Shown here: one piece after another, positions 40,788 to 49,977 of the stretch
How positions within the stretch are numbered: the stretch's first letter is position 1
Layout: the number at the start of each line of letters is the position of its first letter
NCBI GenBank assembly: GCA_016869025.1
Contig: VGFA01000001.1
Coordinates: 140,309-204,308 of the forward strand
DNA from: Armatimonadota bacterium
GTDB taxonomy: Bacteria > Sysuimicrobiota > Sysuimicrobiia > Sysuimicrobiales > Humicultoraceae
Length of the DNA stretch: 64,000 nt
Direction of reading: 5' to 3'
Made by a program: the position numbers and the translations under genes
Notes under the pieces: generated by a model
Databases searched by the model: none
Told to the model about the DNA's origin: nothing
The model's input: only the letters and a program-made list of their open reading frames with translations

Positions 40788-41615
40788 CTAGCGTTTCGGG
40801 GCGAAGCGCAGAAGTAGAACACGGCCAGCCTGATCCGGCGCGTTCGTCACCTGCCACGCGTCAGAAAACACACGCACCTCGCCACCTCTCAACGTCTGTT
40901 CGCGATGCCCAGAGAGTCCGACACGCACACTTCCAGAGATCCCAATGATGACCATGGGCTGGTCACTGGAGATGAATGTCCCCACATCCCAGTTTGGTGG
41001 GTAGCGACCGATGGAAATGCGGTAAAGCCAGACCGTGTGGGCTCCACTACTCAGTCCCACTGCTGCAACTGCAAAGGTCCGATATTCCGACGGGAGCGCG
41101 GAAGCAACGTCAGCACCCAACGTAATGAGGCAAAGTCTGGTCCTCAATGTCGAATGCCAGTCATGCGTGTGCTCGGCCCCGTCCGGTATCCACGCGGCCT
41201 CGCCGCTGACATGGTCGCTCGTTCGCCCCGCTATCGTCAGCAGATTGAGCCCCTCCACCGTGTACTCCCAACCCATCGCGTGGCTGTGGGTTCGGACGGA
41301 GGCGCCCGGCTCAACCACGAGTTCACTGACCTTGATGTTTGTGGGGGCGGCCGGCAGAATCGCCTCTTGCTGACCCAGGAGTTTGGTTTCAGGGCCGACG
41401 ATGATGAGTTGAGCCAAAGCATCGCTCGGGGCCAGTGCACCAGGGACGTTCTGTGCCCCGGTCATTTGTACGTAGCCGTCAGTGGTCACGCCCAGCGTCC
41501 ATTCTTCAATGCGCTGGCCCGGCACGATGAGGTTGTCGTCAGGAGCCTGCGCAAAGCCGGGCACCGACAGGGCGAGGGCAACGAACAGAAGCAGGACATA
41601 CGCAGTGGTCTTCAT
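40788..41615 (-). CDS. Secreted bicupin-domain protein
   Basis: It starts with the MKTTAYVLLLFVALALSVPGFA signal peptide. It has two cupin-like beta-barrel halves. It is preceded by leader copy C. Confidence 0.55.
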   Translation of the reverse strand: MKTTAYVLLLFVALALSVPGFAQAPDDNLIVPGQRIEEWTLGVTTDGYVQMTGAQNVPGALAPSDALAQLIIVGPETKLLGQQEAILPAAPTNIKVSELVVEPGASVRTHSHAMGWEYTVEGLNLLTIAGRTSDHVSGEAAWIPDGAEHTHDWHSTLRTRLCLITLGADVASALPSEYRTFAVAAVGLSSGAHTVWLYRISIGRYPPNWDVGTFISSDQPMVIIGISGSVRVGLSGHREQTLRGGEVRVFSDAWQVTNAPDQAGRVLLLRFAPKR

Positions 41616-41706
41616 CGCGCTCGCCTCCTCGGTTTCGGTCATTAGACAGCAAGACGCCCCGGCCCGCTGCGTGGGGCGAATCGCTCGGTACGGGGCCGGT
41701 ACCGGC
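41616..41706 (-). promoter_or_regulatory. Conserved structured leader element, long copy C
   Basis: See copy B. It contains the perfect palindrome GCCGGTACCGGC and ends in GAGGAGGCGAGCGCG-ATG. Confidence 0.6.
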
Positions 41707-41721
41707 GTGGCCGCATCGCAA

Positions 41722-42816
41722 TCATGGTTGCTTCAGAGTCAGCACCCAGATCTGCCACGGATCCTTCGCAAAGGCAATCCTCGCCCCATCTGGCGAAAAC
41801 GCTGCTCCACGGCCGGCGGTCAAGGATCGTGTCTGCGGCTCCGGCACGACGCCAGCGATGGCATCCGCGCTCGTCATGATCCAAAGAACGTCGCCGCGGC
41901 CGTAAACAATGAACTTGCCGTCGGGGGACACCACAGGTGCCATGTGGCCTTGGCCGGTGGCCACCGTGCGCAGTTCACGCGTGCGCGGATCCAACACCTG
42001 CAGATCGTTGGTAGATGACGAATCGATCACCTCCCGAGCATTGGCGACAAGAATGAACTTGCCGCTATCTCCGACGAAGCGTGGGGACTCAACGTTGCCG
42101 GGTCCCTCCCAGACCGACGACGCACCGGACCCATCCGCGTTCATGACATAGACACGACTGTTGCCGCTGGCACCGGCCCCGGAAAATACGATCTTCGTCC
42201 CGTCGGGGGACCACGACGGATCCCTCGCGCGACCCAGGTTCGTCAGTGCCCTGGCACCGCTTCCGTCCGGGTTGATCGTCCAGATCTCTTGGGTCCACCT
42301 CGGGGTGGGTCCCGTGACCAAGACGTCGAGCCCGACCGAACGATTGAAGATGATTCGACGACCGTCCGGAGACCACGACGGGTTGTCATTGTGTTCCCCG
42401 GCGGCCTGCCTGGTGAGGCGCCTGGGAGATTGTCCCTGGATACCCACGACCCAGATGTCCGAGGGGTGGAACTTGAGCCCCGGACGGTCAGGGAGCCTGC
42501 TAACTTCACCAATGCGACTGAACGTGATGGTCTGGCCGTCCGGAGACCAGCTCACCGATCCGTACCTGGATCCCGGCGATCCACTGCCCACATCGCGCTG
42601 GAGAACGAGAGTCGCGTCCCCTGGTTCTGGCAAGGGGCTCTGACCAGCGAGCGGATGCGCCAACAGGGTGACGGCGATGACCGCTGCAAGAAGCAAATTG
42701 ATCGCAAACAGGCGCCATCCCCCGGAGCGACAGCCACGTTCCTTCAGCGGGTTCCCTGGCAGCTTCCCTCCAAGACCTAAGCAGCCACCGTTACTGGCCA
42801 TCTCCGTACCTCCCAA
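41722..42816 (-). CDS. Membrane-anchored TolB-like (PD40/WD40-like) beta-propeller protein
   Basis: It has an N-terminal TM segment and repeated SWSPDG / SPDG blades (SWSPDGQTITF, SWSPDGRRIIF, SWSPDGTKIVF, SPDGKFIVY, SPDGARIAF). Confidence 0.7.
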   Translation of the reverse strand: MGGTEMASNGGCLGLGGKLPGNPLKERGCRSGGWRLFAINLLLAAVIAVTLLAHPLAGQSPLPEPGDATLVLQRDVGSGSPGSRYGSVSWSPDGQTITFSRIGEVSRLPDRPGLKFHPSDIWVVGIQGQSPRRLTRQAAGEHNDNPSWSPDGRRIIFNRSVGLDVLVTGPTPRWTQEIWTINPDGSGARALTNLGRARDPSWSPDGTKIVFSGAGASGNSRVYVMNADGSGASSVWEGPGNVESPRFVGDSGKFILVANAREVIDSSSTNDLQVLDPRTRELRTVATGQGHMAPVVSPDGKFIVYGRGDVLWIMTSADAIAGVVPEPQTRSLTAGRGAAFSPDGARIAFAKDPWQIWVLTLKQP

Positions 42817-42885
42817 CTCCGATCGTCTTGCCGGTTCAGGTCCCCGGAGCCGTCATGCCGCCTTCATGCCCTTTCCCACAGAGCG

Positions 42886-43326
42886 CTATCGACAGTTGGG
42901 ACGTTCACAGCGCCACCAGATCGGGATGAGGACCGTGTCATCGAGCACCTTCTGCTCTACGTCCCTGAAGAGACGAATGCCGTCGTAGACGTCTCCGACC
43001 GATCGTGGCCGGTCGATCAGCGCTCGAGCCCGACCGATGAGGGCGTCCACGTCGGGATTCGCGTAACCGAAGATGTTCAGTGAGCCTTTCGAGTGGGCGA
43101 GAAGTTCAAGCAGGCTGCGCACCCCCACGACGAGGATGTTCAGCCCTGTGTCCTCCGTACAGGCGTTGGTGAACAAGGCCACGTAGAAGAGGTGGATCGC
43201 GGAGGAGCGCACGACGCTGGCGTCACCACCGGTCCGCACCGTAACGCGAAAGCCGAGCTCGCGAAGCTCACTCACGAAATCGTCCGCACCGGCGAGACCT
43301 TCGTTCACCCACAAGCTCACCGGCAC
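42886..43326 (-). pseudogene. Remnant (C-terminal about 30%) of a family-5 ABC substrate-binding protein
   Basis: The 146-aa ORF matches only the C-terminal region of Opp/Nik-type binding proteins (NIFGYANPDVDALIGRA...VLIPIWW). There is no signal peptide or N-terminal lobe. Confidence 0.5.
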
Positions 43327-43455
43327 GTCACTGGGCTTGATGCCTCTGTTCTCAATCGCCTGCTTTGCGGCGGCGAGATCATAAGGCTGCGGCCTCGGTA
43401 GGACCGAATTCTCGACGCACTGCGGAGGTACGATGCCCCGGGCGCGCGAGGCGGC

Positions 43456-43881
43456 GTGTGGGCGCTCGCCGGCAGCACAGTCAGCAGCCGCGCTCCCGAT
43501 GCCCCTTCGCCAGCCGCATCTGCTGAGGAGATGCAGCGCATCGTGACCCGCGCCCGGGCGATGGTGGGCACCGGCCTGACGGCTGTCGTCGGGTGGATGG
43601 CTCTTGGATTGGCGGGGAGCATCCTTGTCGGCTCCCTGCGCACTGCGGCGCTGGCCGTCCTCGTCGGCGCCGCTCTGATAGGGCGTGGCATGCCCGATGC
43701 TGTGTTGTTCGGCACGCCCGCGTTTCTTGTCGCTCTGGGAGGCATGGTCGGCGGAATGCTGGGTCGGATGCAGCAGGCCTGGCTGGGCCGGCCCTGGTGG
43801 GATTTCGTGGGAGGAGCCGTTGGGGGAGCCATCGGATTGGTGGTGGCCCTTGTCCTCCGTTTCCTGTACAAGCTCGGCTGA
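43456..43881 (+). CDS. GlsB/YeaQ/YmgE-like glycine-zipper membrane protein (tandem)
   Basis: It has Gly-zipper TM repeats (GWMALGLAGSILVG; GGAVGGAIGLVVAL). The real start may be the ATG at 43564. Confidence 0.45.
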   Translation: MWALAGSTVSSRAPDAPSPAASAEEMQRIVTRARAMVGTGLTAVVGWMALGLAGSILVGSLRTAALAVLVGAALIGRGMPDAVLFGTPAFLVALGGMVGGMLGRMQQAWLGRPWWDFVGGAVGGAIGLVVALVLRFLYKLG

Positions 43882-43907
43882 TCCGAATGGGTGGGAGGTG
43901 AGCAGTC

Positions 43908-44555
43908 ATGCGCTTGCTCGGAGCCATGCTGTTCGTTCTTGTGGGTGCGGCCACCCAGCCCAGTGCGCCCATCGCGCTGACAAACGTCTACCACTCGCTC
44001 GAAGGCCAGACGCTGGTCATCCACGGGATGGTGGAGAATCGGTCGGCCGCTTCCTTGGGACGCCTTGTCATCGACGCCACCGGACTCACGCCGTCCGGAA
44101 GCGCCGCCTACGGCGGGAGCGATGGGATCCCCTGGGGTGTGGCGCCGGGGAGGGACGAAGCGTTCTCCATCAACCTGTTTCTCACCGGACAGCTCGTGCG
44201 CGAGTATGTGGTGCGGGTGGCGCTCGCCAGCGCTCCCAACCGCCCTCTGGCGAGCGTCCGGCGCAGTGCCGACGGCTCGCTCTACCGGCCGCTGCTCATG
44301 TCCGTCGTGCGGCTTCGGGGAGCCGTCAATGGCGATCTCCTCAGCGTGCGCAGCGACGCGGGCGGGTGGCCTGTTGCACAGGTCACCGTTGAGGCCGTGC
44401 TACTCGTTCCTGGCCATCACGCGCCCCACCTCCGGCGACTGGTCCTGGATGTACCCGCGGACGGCGAAGGCCGGATCCGGCACGGGCTCGCCGGGGCCGA
44501 ACTGGTGGGCCTGCGGGTGGTGGACGTGCGTCCGAAGGTGCTCTGGGAGGACTAG
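43908..44555 (+). CDS. Secreted hypothetical protein
   Basis: 215 aa with an MRLLGAMLFVLVGAAT signal peptide and two beta-rich halves. No known motif was found. Confidence 0.4.
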   Translation: MRLLGAMLFVLVGAATQPSAPIALTNVYHSLEGQTLVIHGMVENRSAASLGRLVIDATGLTPSGSAAYGGSDGIPWGVAPGRDEAFSINLFLTGQLVREYVVRVALASAPNRPLASVRRSADGSLYRPLLMSVVRLRGAVNGDLLSVRSDAGGWPVAQVTVEAVLLVPGHHAPHLRRLVLDVPADGEGRIRHGLAGAELVGLRVVDVRPKVLWED

Positions 44556-44773
44556 GAACCACCGGCGATGGCTGTAATGCCCTGGACACAGGGATTTCGG
44601 GGCCCATGTCGAATATGTCTCCGGAATCCAGTGCAGCAGATTCACGGGAGGTGTTCCCGCACGGCTGCTGCTGAACGTAGCGGCCGGCGGATGTCCAGGG
44701 CCGTCGCTCCAGAACGCCGCGACCACGCATAGCGAAGGGCACGAACCGCACGCGGTGGCCCCGGGGGTCGGCA

Positions 44774-47700
44774 ATGCGGTGTCCTTCCTGCGGTCATGAG
44801 CGGACGTCGCCGCACCTGCGGTGCAGCAACTGCTCTGCAACCTTCCCGCGCGAACTCCTCGAACGATACGATCGTCTGACCTTCCTGCTCGGCGTGGTCT
44901 CGGATTGGGAGCGCGCCGGGCGGATCTCCGAGTCGGCCCGTGCTGAAATCGCGGAACCCTGTCTGAGGGAACTGGAACGGGTCGAGCAAGAGCTCGGCGT
45001 GCGCGCCGCGCCGCCGGTTCCTGAGGCGCTTGTGGTGCCCGTCCCGGTTGCGCCTGTCCCGCCGGCGCCGACCGTCGCCCATGGGCTGATCCCCGCGGCA
45101 CCCGCATCGTCCGTCCCGCCGGAGGGGGCTCTCCCGGAAGGCGGCCCTCCGGAGGTGGCTCCGTCCCCCCCGCGTCCCCTGATCCCTCGGATCTCCTGGG
45201 AGGATGTCTGGCGAGGGCTTCTCTCTGAACGGTCGCTCGAGGTGCTCCTGTTCGCCGGCGCGGTGCTGATCATCGCCGCGGCGGGAACGTTCGTGTACTT
45301 CAACTGGGGACGGTTCCCCCCGGCGCTGCAACTGCTCTCCCTGATCGTAGGCACGGCGTCGTTCTTCGTCGGCGGCTGGCTGCTCCGCACGCGCTGGAGG
45401 TTGACGCAGTCCGCGCCGGCGCTGGTGGGCATCGGAGCTTTCATCGTTCCGGTGGACTTCTACGCGTGGGCCCGCTTCCGCGATGTCCCACCGTCCGCCT
45501 ACGCGGCCCTGTGGTGCACGGCGTCAATCTGCTGCGGGGTTGTCTATGCGGCAACCACCTGGTGGCTGCGCCACTGGTTCTTCTGCGTGCTGCTCCTGCT
45601 GGCCGCCCACAGCCTGGCGCTCGCGGTGCTCTTCCTGCTGGGCGTCCCACCGGCATGGTGGGGAGCGGTCGCGGCGGCGCTCGCCACGGTGTGGATGGTT
45701 CTGAGGCCCCGGTTCTCCCTGGCCGGGCCGGGGTCCGAGCAGGCGGCCACAGGCGTCTCGATCGTCGCGGCGGTGCTGGGCGTGGCGGTACCGGCGCTTC
45801 TCCAGGCCGAGAAGTGGGGCACCCTGTTTGACGGCACAAGCCCCGCGGGCGCCTGGATCCTGCCGGTGGCGGCGGCGGTGTGGATGGGCGCGGTGTTTCT
45901 GTTTGCATTCCACCGGCGTCTGCCCTCCGGCGACGCCGCGACGCTGGCGGCGCTGACACCGGCGGTCGCCGTGGTGATGACCCTCCTGCCGATGATGACG
46001 CGGCCGTGGGTGAGCCTCGGCATCCTGATTCTCGCCGCGGTGTATGTCGCCCTCGAGGACCGCGTCCTGGGGTCGCTGGCCCCGGCCATGCGCGGGACGG
46101 CCATCGGAGCGTCGCTGGTCGCCGTCGCCTGGTCTTTGATGGATCGTGTCACCGCCGCGGTCGTCGTACTCGCGGCGTCGGCGCTCTACGCCTGGTGGGC
46201 GTTCGAGTTTCGGCGGCCGGTGGTGCTCATCGCCGCGCAGATCGCCGCGCTCGTGGGACTGCTGTACGCGCTGGCCGTCGCCCGCGTCGCCGTGGGGTAC
46301 TGGCCTCTCGCCGGTCTCGCGGTCGCCGCGGTCAGTCTCGCGGGCACCGTCGCGGCGCGCGCGGCGCCCGGTTTCGCCAGAGTCCTGTATGTCGGTGCGT
46401 ACGTCTTCCCGGTACTCGGCATCGTCGCCACCGTCGATGTGAAGGCACCTGCGCTGGTGCTCACCACCTTGCTCGGCGGTGCGCTCGCCATCGCGGTCTA
46501 CTCAGCAGTTCTGGTGCACCGGGGCAGCGATCCGGCGCTGAGCGCGCTCGCGGCGCGGCTGCCGGCGGGCGGCGGCCTGCTCTTCCAGTGGGTGGCCGCC
46601 GCTTTGGCCGCCGCTGAGGTGGCGGTCGCGTGGCTGTGGTGGCGTCCGGTGCCCCATGGCTTGGCCGCCGCATGGCTGACGCTCGGCACGGGATTCGTCC
46701 TGATCGGCCGGCGCTTGAGGCACATCGACCCGCGCTATCTCCGTCCGTGGGCGGCTTCGGCTCTGGTGCTCAGCACGCTGGCGACGGTGCTCGCCCTGGT
46801 CGTGGAAGTTCGCGCACCGCTCATCTACACGCTGCTGCTGGCGACGGTGACTTCGGCACTGTGGGCCTGGCTGCTTCGGTCTCCATGGCTCGCGTATGTC
46901 GCCGCCGGGCTCCTACTCGTGCCGTTTGGGCTTGCGCTGCCCGATGCCGTGGCACATGGTCTCATCCCGTCCAGGGCGGCCTACACCTGGCTCATCGCCT
47001 CACTGGGCGCGGTCTATCTGCTTGCCGGTGTGATCCTGGATCGCTCTGAACCCCGATTCGGAGCACCCGTGCACCTCGTCAGCCACCTCTTGATCCCGTT
47101 CTCGCTCGTGTGGGTGCTGCAGGAGCCGCCGCTCGGCCTGCAGACGCTGGCCATCGCCGTCGCGTTCTATGTCGCGTCCGCACGGCTGGTGCACGAGGGC
47201 CGGCACCCGACGGTGATGAGCCTGATTGACCGTCTCACGCAGACGGCCCCGGGTGCCGCGCCACCGCTGCGGGCCATATTCGTCTATGTGTCGGCCTGGC
47301 TGTTCCCGTTCTGGTTTGAACTCGCCGCGTCACGCGTCCCTGCGGTTCGCGAAACGCGGGCGTTTCTTGGCGTCACTGCCGCAGCGCTGGCGTGGGCCTA
47401 TCTAATGGTCGGACAGTGGATACGGCGGGCGAATCCCGCGTACGTGCCACCGTTCAGGATCGCCGCGCAGGCGCTGGTCATCGCCGGCGGTCTGCTGGCC
47501 GTCGAGCACCGCCCGCTGCTCCTTGGGGCGGTCGCGCTCGGCGCAGGGCTGCAGGTGGCGCTGTACGCCCTGTCGGGCCAGACGGTGTGGGTGTACACCG
47601 CGGCCCTGGGAGGCGCGGGCTGGCTGGGGTTGGCGCTCAACCACCTGCATTTCCACTCGGCTCCCGCGGGATGGGTGATGATCCTGCTCGGGATTGGGTA

Positions 47701-49405
47701 CGTCGGTCTTGCCGAGGTCAACTGGCGCCGGACCGCGACGCGCGACGTCCCACCGGTATCGGCCGCCCTCCTGGCGGTGGCGTTCCTGGTCGTGGTGATC
47801 GGCATCCTGCTCACCGCCCTGCGGGTACCCGAGAATGCCTGGGCCGCGTACGCGGTCAGCGCGCTGCTCTTCCTCTGGTGCGGGTGGCGGCTGCGTGAGC
47901 CGCTGCTGGGATACCCGGCGGCGGGTCTGGCCGCGGCGACCTACGTCGCCGTCCAGACCACCCTGCTGAAGGGCACAGGTGCGTCCACTGCGCACCATGG
48001 CGTGGCGCTGTTACCCGGGGTGGCGGTGTTCTTCGCCGTTGCGTGGGCGCTCGATCGACGCGCCGCTGCCGCAGGGCCGCCCTCCCAGAAGGGCGCGTGG
48101 AGTACCCCGATGGACGCGGCGGCGCAGATCGGCATGCTCGTGGCAGTCGTCTTTGCCTCAACGCACCGCTGGCTGTTCCCTGCATCGCTGGGGCTCGCCG
48201 CTGTGCTCTACGGACTATCGGCCGTGCGATTCCGCCGGCCTGTGCTGGTGTACGCGGCACTGCTGGCCGCCCTCGCCTCGGCGTTGTTCGCGTTGCTGCA
48301 GGCACCCATTGCGCCTCGATACATCCCCGTCGCCTTCGTACCGGTCGCCTGGGCGCTGGCCTTCATTGGCTGGCGCACGGAGGCGGTGCACAGCCGTCAG
48401 GCCCTGTTCACAATGACGTGGGCCCAGCCGTGGCATGTGGCGGCCCTCGCCACTGTGGCGCTGTGGGAACTCGTGGGGATGATCGAGGCCCGCGCCCAAC
48501 TGCTCACGTCGTTGGGCTTCGCGGCGCTCCTGTGTGCGTACGCGTTCCGGTGGCGGGAGTGGAGCGCCGCGACTGCGGCGCAGGTGCTTGTGGTGCTGGG
48601 CATCGGCGGCGGTCTCCGCTGGCTGCAGGTGACGTATCCCGCCTGGCTCGCGGCCGCATCGCTCACTGCGCTGGCCTTCGGCGTCCTGTCGGTGATCCTG
48701 GGTGTCCTGCGCAGGGGAGCCTTGTGGCAGACGGGCGCGCGCGGGCTGGCCCACGTGCTGGCCGCCGGCGCGCTCGTGTGGGCATTCTTGGGCGTCGTCG
48801 CGGCGGTGCACGCGAAGGCCGGAGAAGGTCTGGTCTACACGCTGGCCATCGTGGGCCTGCTCTACCTGCTGCTCGCCATCAAGGACCGGCAGGAGTGGCT
48901 CGGCTACCTCGCCGTCGCCATGCTGGAACTCGCCTGGGGTCTCTTCTTGCTGCGCAGACTTCAGGTGACCGAGATCCAGGCGTACGCGATTCCCTCATCG
49001 CTATATCTCCTCGGCATAGGGGTGGTGGAGCGACGGATGCGCCGGCCGACGCTCGCGCGGTTCATCGAGGTCGCGGGCCTCATTCTGCTGCTGGGCTCTG
49101 CGTTCTGGCAGTCCGTGACCGGCGGAGGGTTCTGGTACGCGGTTCTGCTGGCGGTCGAGGCGGTCGCGGTGGCCTGGGCCGGCGCGGCGTGGCGCCTGCG
49201 TCACTACTTCTTCAGCGGCATCGGGATGCTGCTGGTGAACGTCGTCGCCCAGGTCATCGATCCCCTGCGTGCGCTCGACAAGACGATCTTGTTCCTATCG
49301 CTTGGCGTGCTGCTGGTGCTCATCGCGGTGGCCGCGGAACGCAAGCGGGAGGCGATCATTCGGACCACGCGCGAGTGGCGCTCGCGGCTGGAGGCATGGG
49401 AGTGA
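44774..49405 (+). CDS. Giant polytopic membrane protein with N-terminal zinc-ribbon and Pro-rich linker
   Basis: 1543 aa. The N-terminus is CPSCGH-x12-CSNC, followed by a P/A/V-rich linker, then about 40 predicted TM helices with internal repeat units (Y..W.FRRPV motifs recur). The C-terminus overlaps the next gene by 10 nt. Confidence 0.7.
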   Translation: MRCPSCGHERTSPHLRCSNCSATFPRELLERYDRLTFLLGVVSDWERAGRISESARAEIAEPCLRELERVEQELGVRAAPPVPEALVVPVPVAPVPPAPTVAHGLIPAAPASSVPPEGALPEGGPPEVAPSPPRPLIPRISWEDVWRGLLSERSLEVLLFAGAVLIIAAAGTFVYFNWGRFPPALQLLSLIVGTASFFVGGWLLRTRWRLTQSAPALVGIGAFIVPVDFYAWARFRDVPPSAYAALWCTASICCGVVYAATTWWLRHWFFCVLLLLAAHSLALAVLFLLGVPPAWWGAVAAALATVWMVLRPRFSLAGPGSEQAATGVSIVAAVLGVAVPALLQAEKWGTLFDGTSPAGAWILPVAAAVWMGAVFLFAFHRRLPSGDAATLAALTPAVAVVMTLLPMMTRPWVSLGILILAAVYVALEDRVLGSLAPAMRGTAIGASLVAVAWSLMDRVTAAVVVLAASALYAWWAFEFRRPVVLIAAQIAALVGLLYALAVARVAVGYWPLAGLAVAAVSLAGTVAARAAPGFARVLYVGAYVFPVLGIVATVDVKAPALVLTTLLGGALAIAVYSAVLVHRGSDPALSALAARLPAGGGLLFQWVAAALAAAEVAVAWLWWRPVPHGLAAAWLTLGTGFVLIGRRLRHIDPRYLRPWAASALVLSTLATVLALVVEVRAPLIYTLLLATVTSALWAWLLRSPWLAYVAAGLLLVPFGLALPDAVAHGLIPSRAAYTWLIASLGAVYLLAGVILDRSEPRFGAPVHLVSHLLIPFSLVWVLQEPPLGLQTLAIAVAFYVASARLVHEGRHPTVMSLIDRLTQTAPGAAPPLRAIFVYVSAWLFPFWFELAASRVPAVRETRAFLGVTAAALAWAYLMVGQWIRRANPAYVPPFRIAAQALVIAGGLLAVEHRPLLLGAVALGAGLQVALYALSGQTVWVYTAALGGAGWLGLALNHLHFHSAPAGWVMILLGIGYVGLAEVNWRRTATRDVPPVSAALLAVAFLVVVIGILLTALRVPENAWAAYAVSALLFLWCGWRLREPLLGYPAAGLAAATYVAVQTTLLKGTGASTAHHGVALLPGVAVFFAVAWALDRRAAAAGPPSQKGAWSTPMDAAAQIGMLVAVVFASTHRWLFPASLGLAAVLYGLSAVRFRRPVLVYAALLAALASALFALLQAPIAPRYIPVAFVPVAWALAFIGWRTEAVHSRQALFTMTWAQPWHVAALATVALWELVGMIEARAQLLTSLGFAALLCAYAFRWREWSAATAAQVLVVLGIGGGLRWLQVTYPAWLAAASLTALAFGVLSVILGVLRRGALWQTGARGLAHVLAAGALVWAFLGVVAAVHAKAGEGLVYTLAIVGLLYLLLAIKDRQEWLGYLAVAMLELAWGLFLLRRLQVTEIQAYAIPSSLYLLGIGVVERRMRRPTLARFIEVAGLILLLGSAFWQSVTGGGFWYAVLLAVEAVAVAWAGAAWRLRHYFFSGIGMLLVNVVAQVIDPLRALDKTILFLSLGVLLVLIAVAAERKREAIIRTTREWRSRLEAWE

Positions 49406-49977
49406 CCGAGGGCGTGATCCGGGTCGAAGTCCCCGCCGGTTTCTGGCCCCGGCTGCTCGCGTTCTGCCTCGATGCCATCGCTGCGGGTCTCCTCGAATCC
49501 CAACTGGCCGATGCGTTGCCTCCCGGACTGGTCACGGTGGCGTACTTCTGGCTGCTGACCGGCATCCTGGGGCGAACGCCCGGCAAGATCGTCCTTGGCA
49601 TCGAACTGGTCGGGCCAGAGGGCAAGGTGGGTCTTGGCCGCGCGTTCCTGCGCGAGGTCATCGGAAAGCTGATCGGCGCGGTGGCGTTCGGGCTCGGTCT
49701 GCTGTGGATCGCGTTCGATCCGCAGAAGCGCGGGTGGCACGACGTGATCGCCGACACCAGGGCGGTGCGCGTGAGCACGACGCTGTGGGCGGCCGCCTGG
49801 GAGAGCGAGATCGCCGGCCTGCTCGCCGATCGCGGCGAGGCCCGCGCCGAGTGGCTGGTCAGGGTCTTGCCCGAGAGTCGCGAAGCGGCGCTCCGAGGGT
49901 TCGCCGTCAAGCACGCGCGGGGCGTGACGCTGTCGGAGGGAGTGCTCACGCCGACGGGTGAGGTCGAATGGTTCTGA
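49396..49977 (+). CDS. RDD-family membrane protein
   Basis: Conserved Arg and Asp residues are present (FWPRLLAFCLDAI ... GWHDVIADTRAV). It has three TM segments plus an approximately 70-aa soluble tail. It has 10-nt overlaps at both ends (ATGGGAGTGA and ATGGTTCTGA). Confidence 0.7.
   Translation: MGVTEGVIRVEVPAGFWPRLLAFCLDAIAAGLLESQLADALPPGLVTVAYFWLLTGILGRTPGKIVLGIELVGPEGKVGLGRAFLREVIGKLIGAVAFGLGLLWIAFDPQKRGWHDVIADTRAVRVSTTLWAAAWESEIAGLLADRGEARAEWLVRVLPESREAALRGFAVKHARGVTLSEGVLTPTGEVEWF

Noticed and set aside
45000-45200. Repetitive GC-rich stretch (gtccc gcc ggc gcc...) that could be mistaken for a repeat array
   Set aside because: It encodes the Pro/Ala/Val-rich linker of the giant membrane protein (PVPVAPVPPAPT...). 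It is not a spacer-repeat structure. No CRISPR-like regular repeats were found anywhere in the window.
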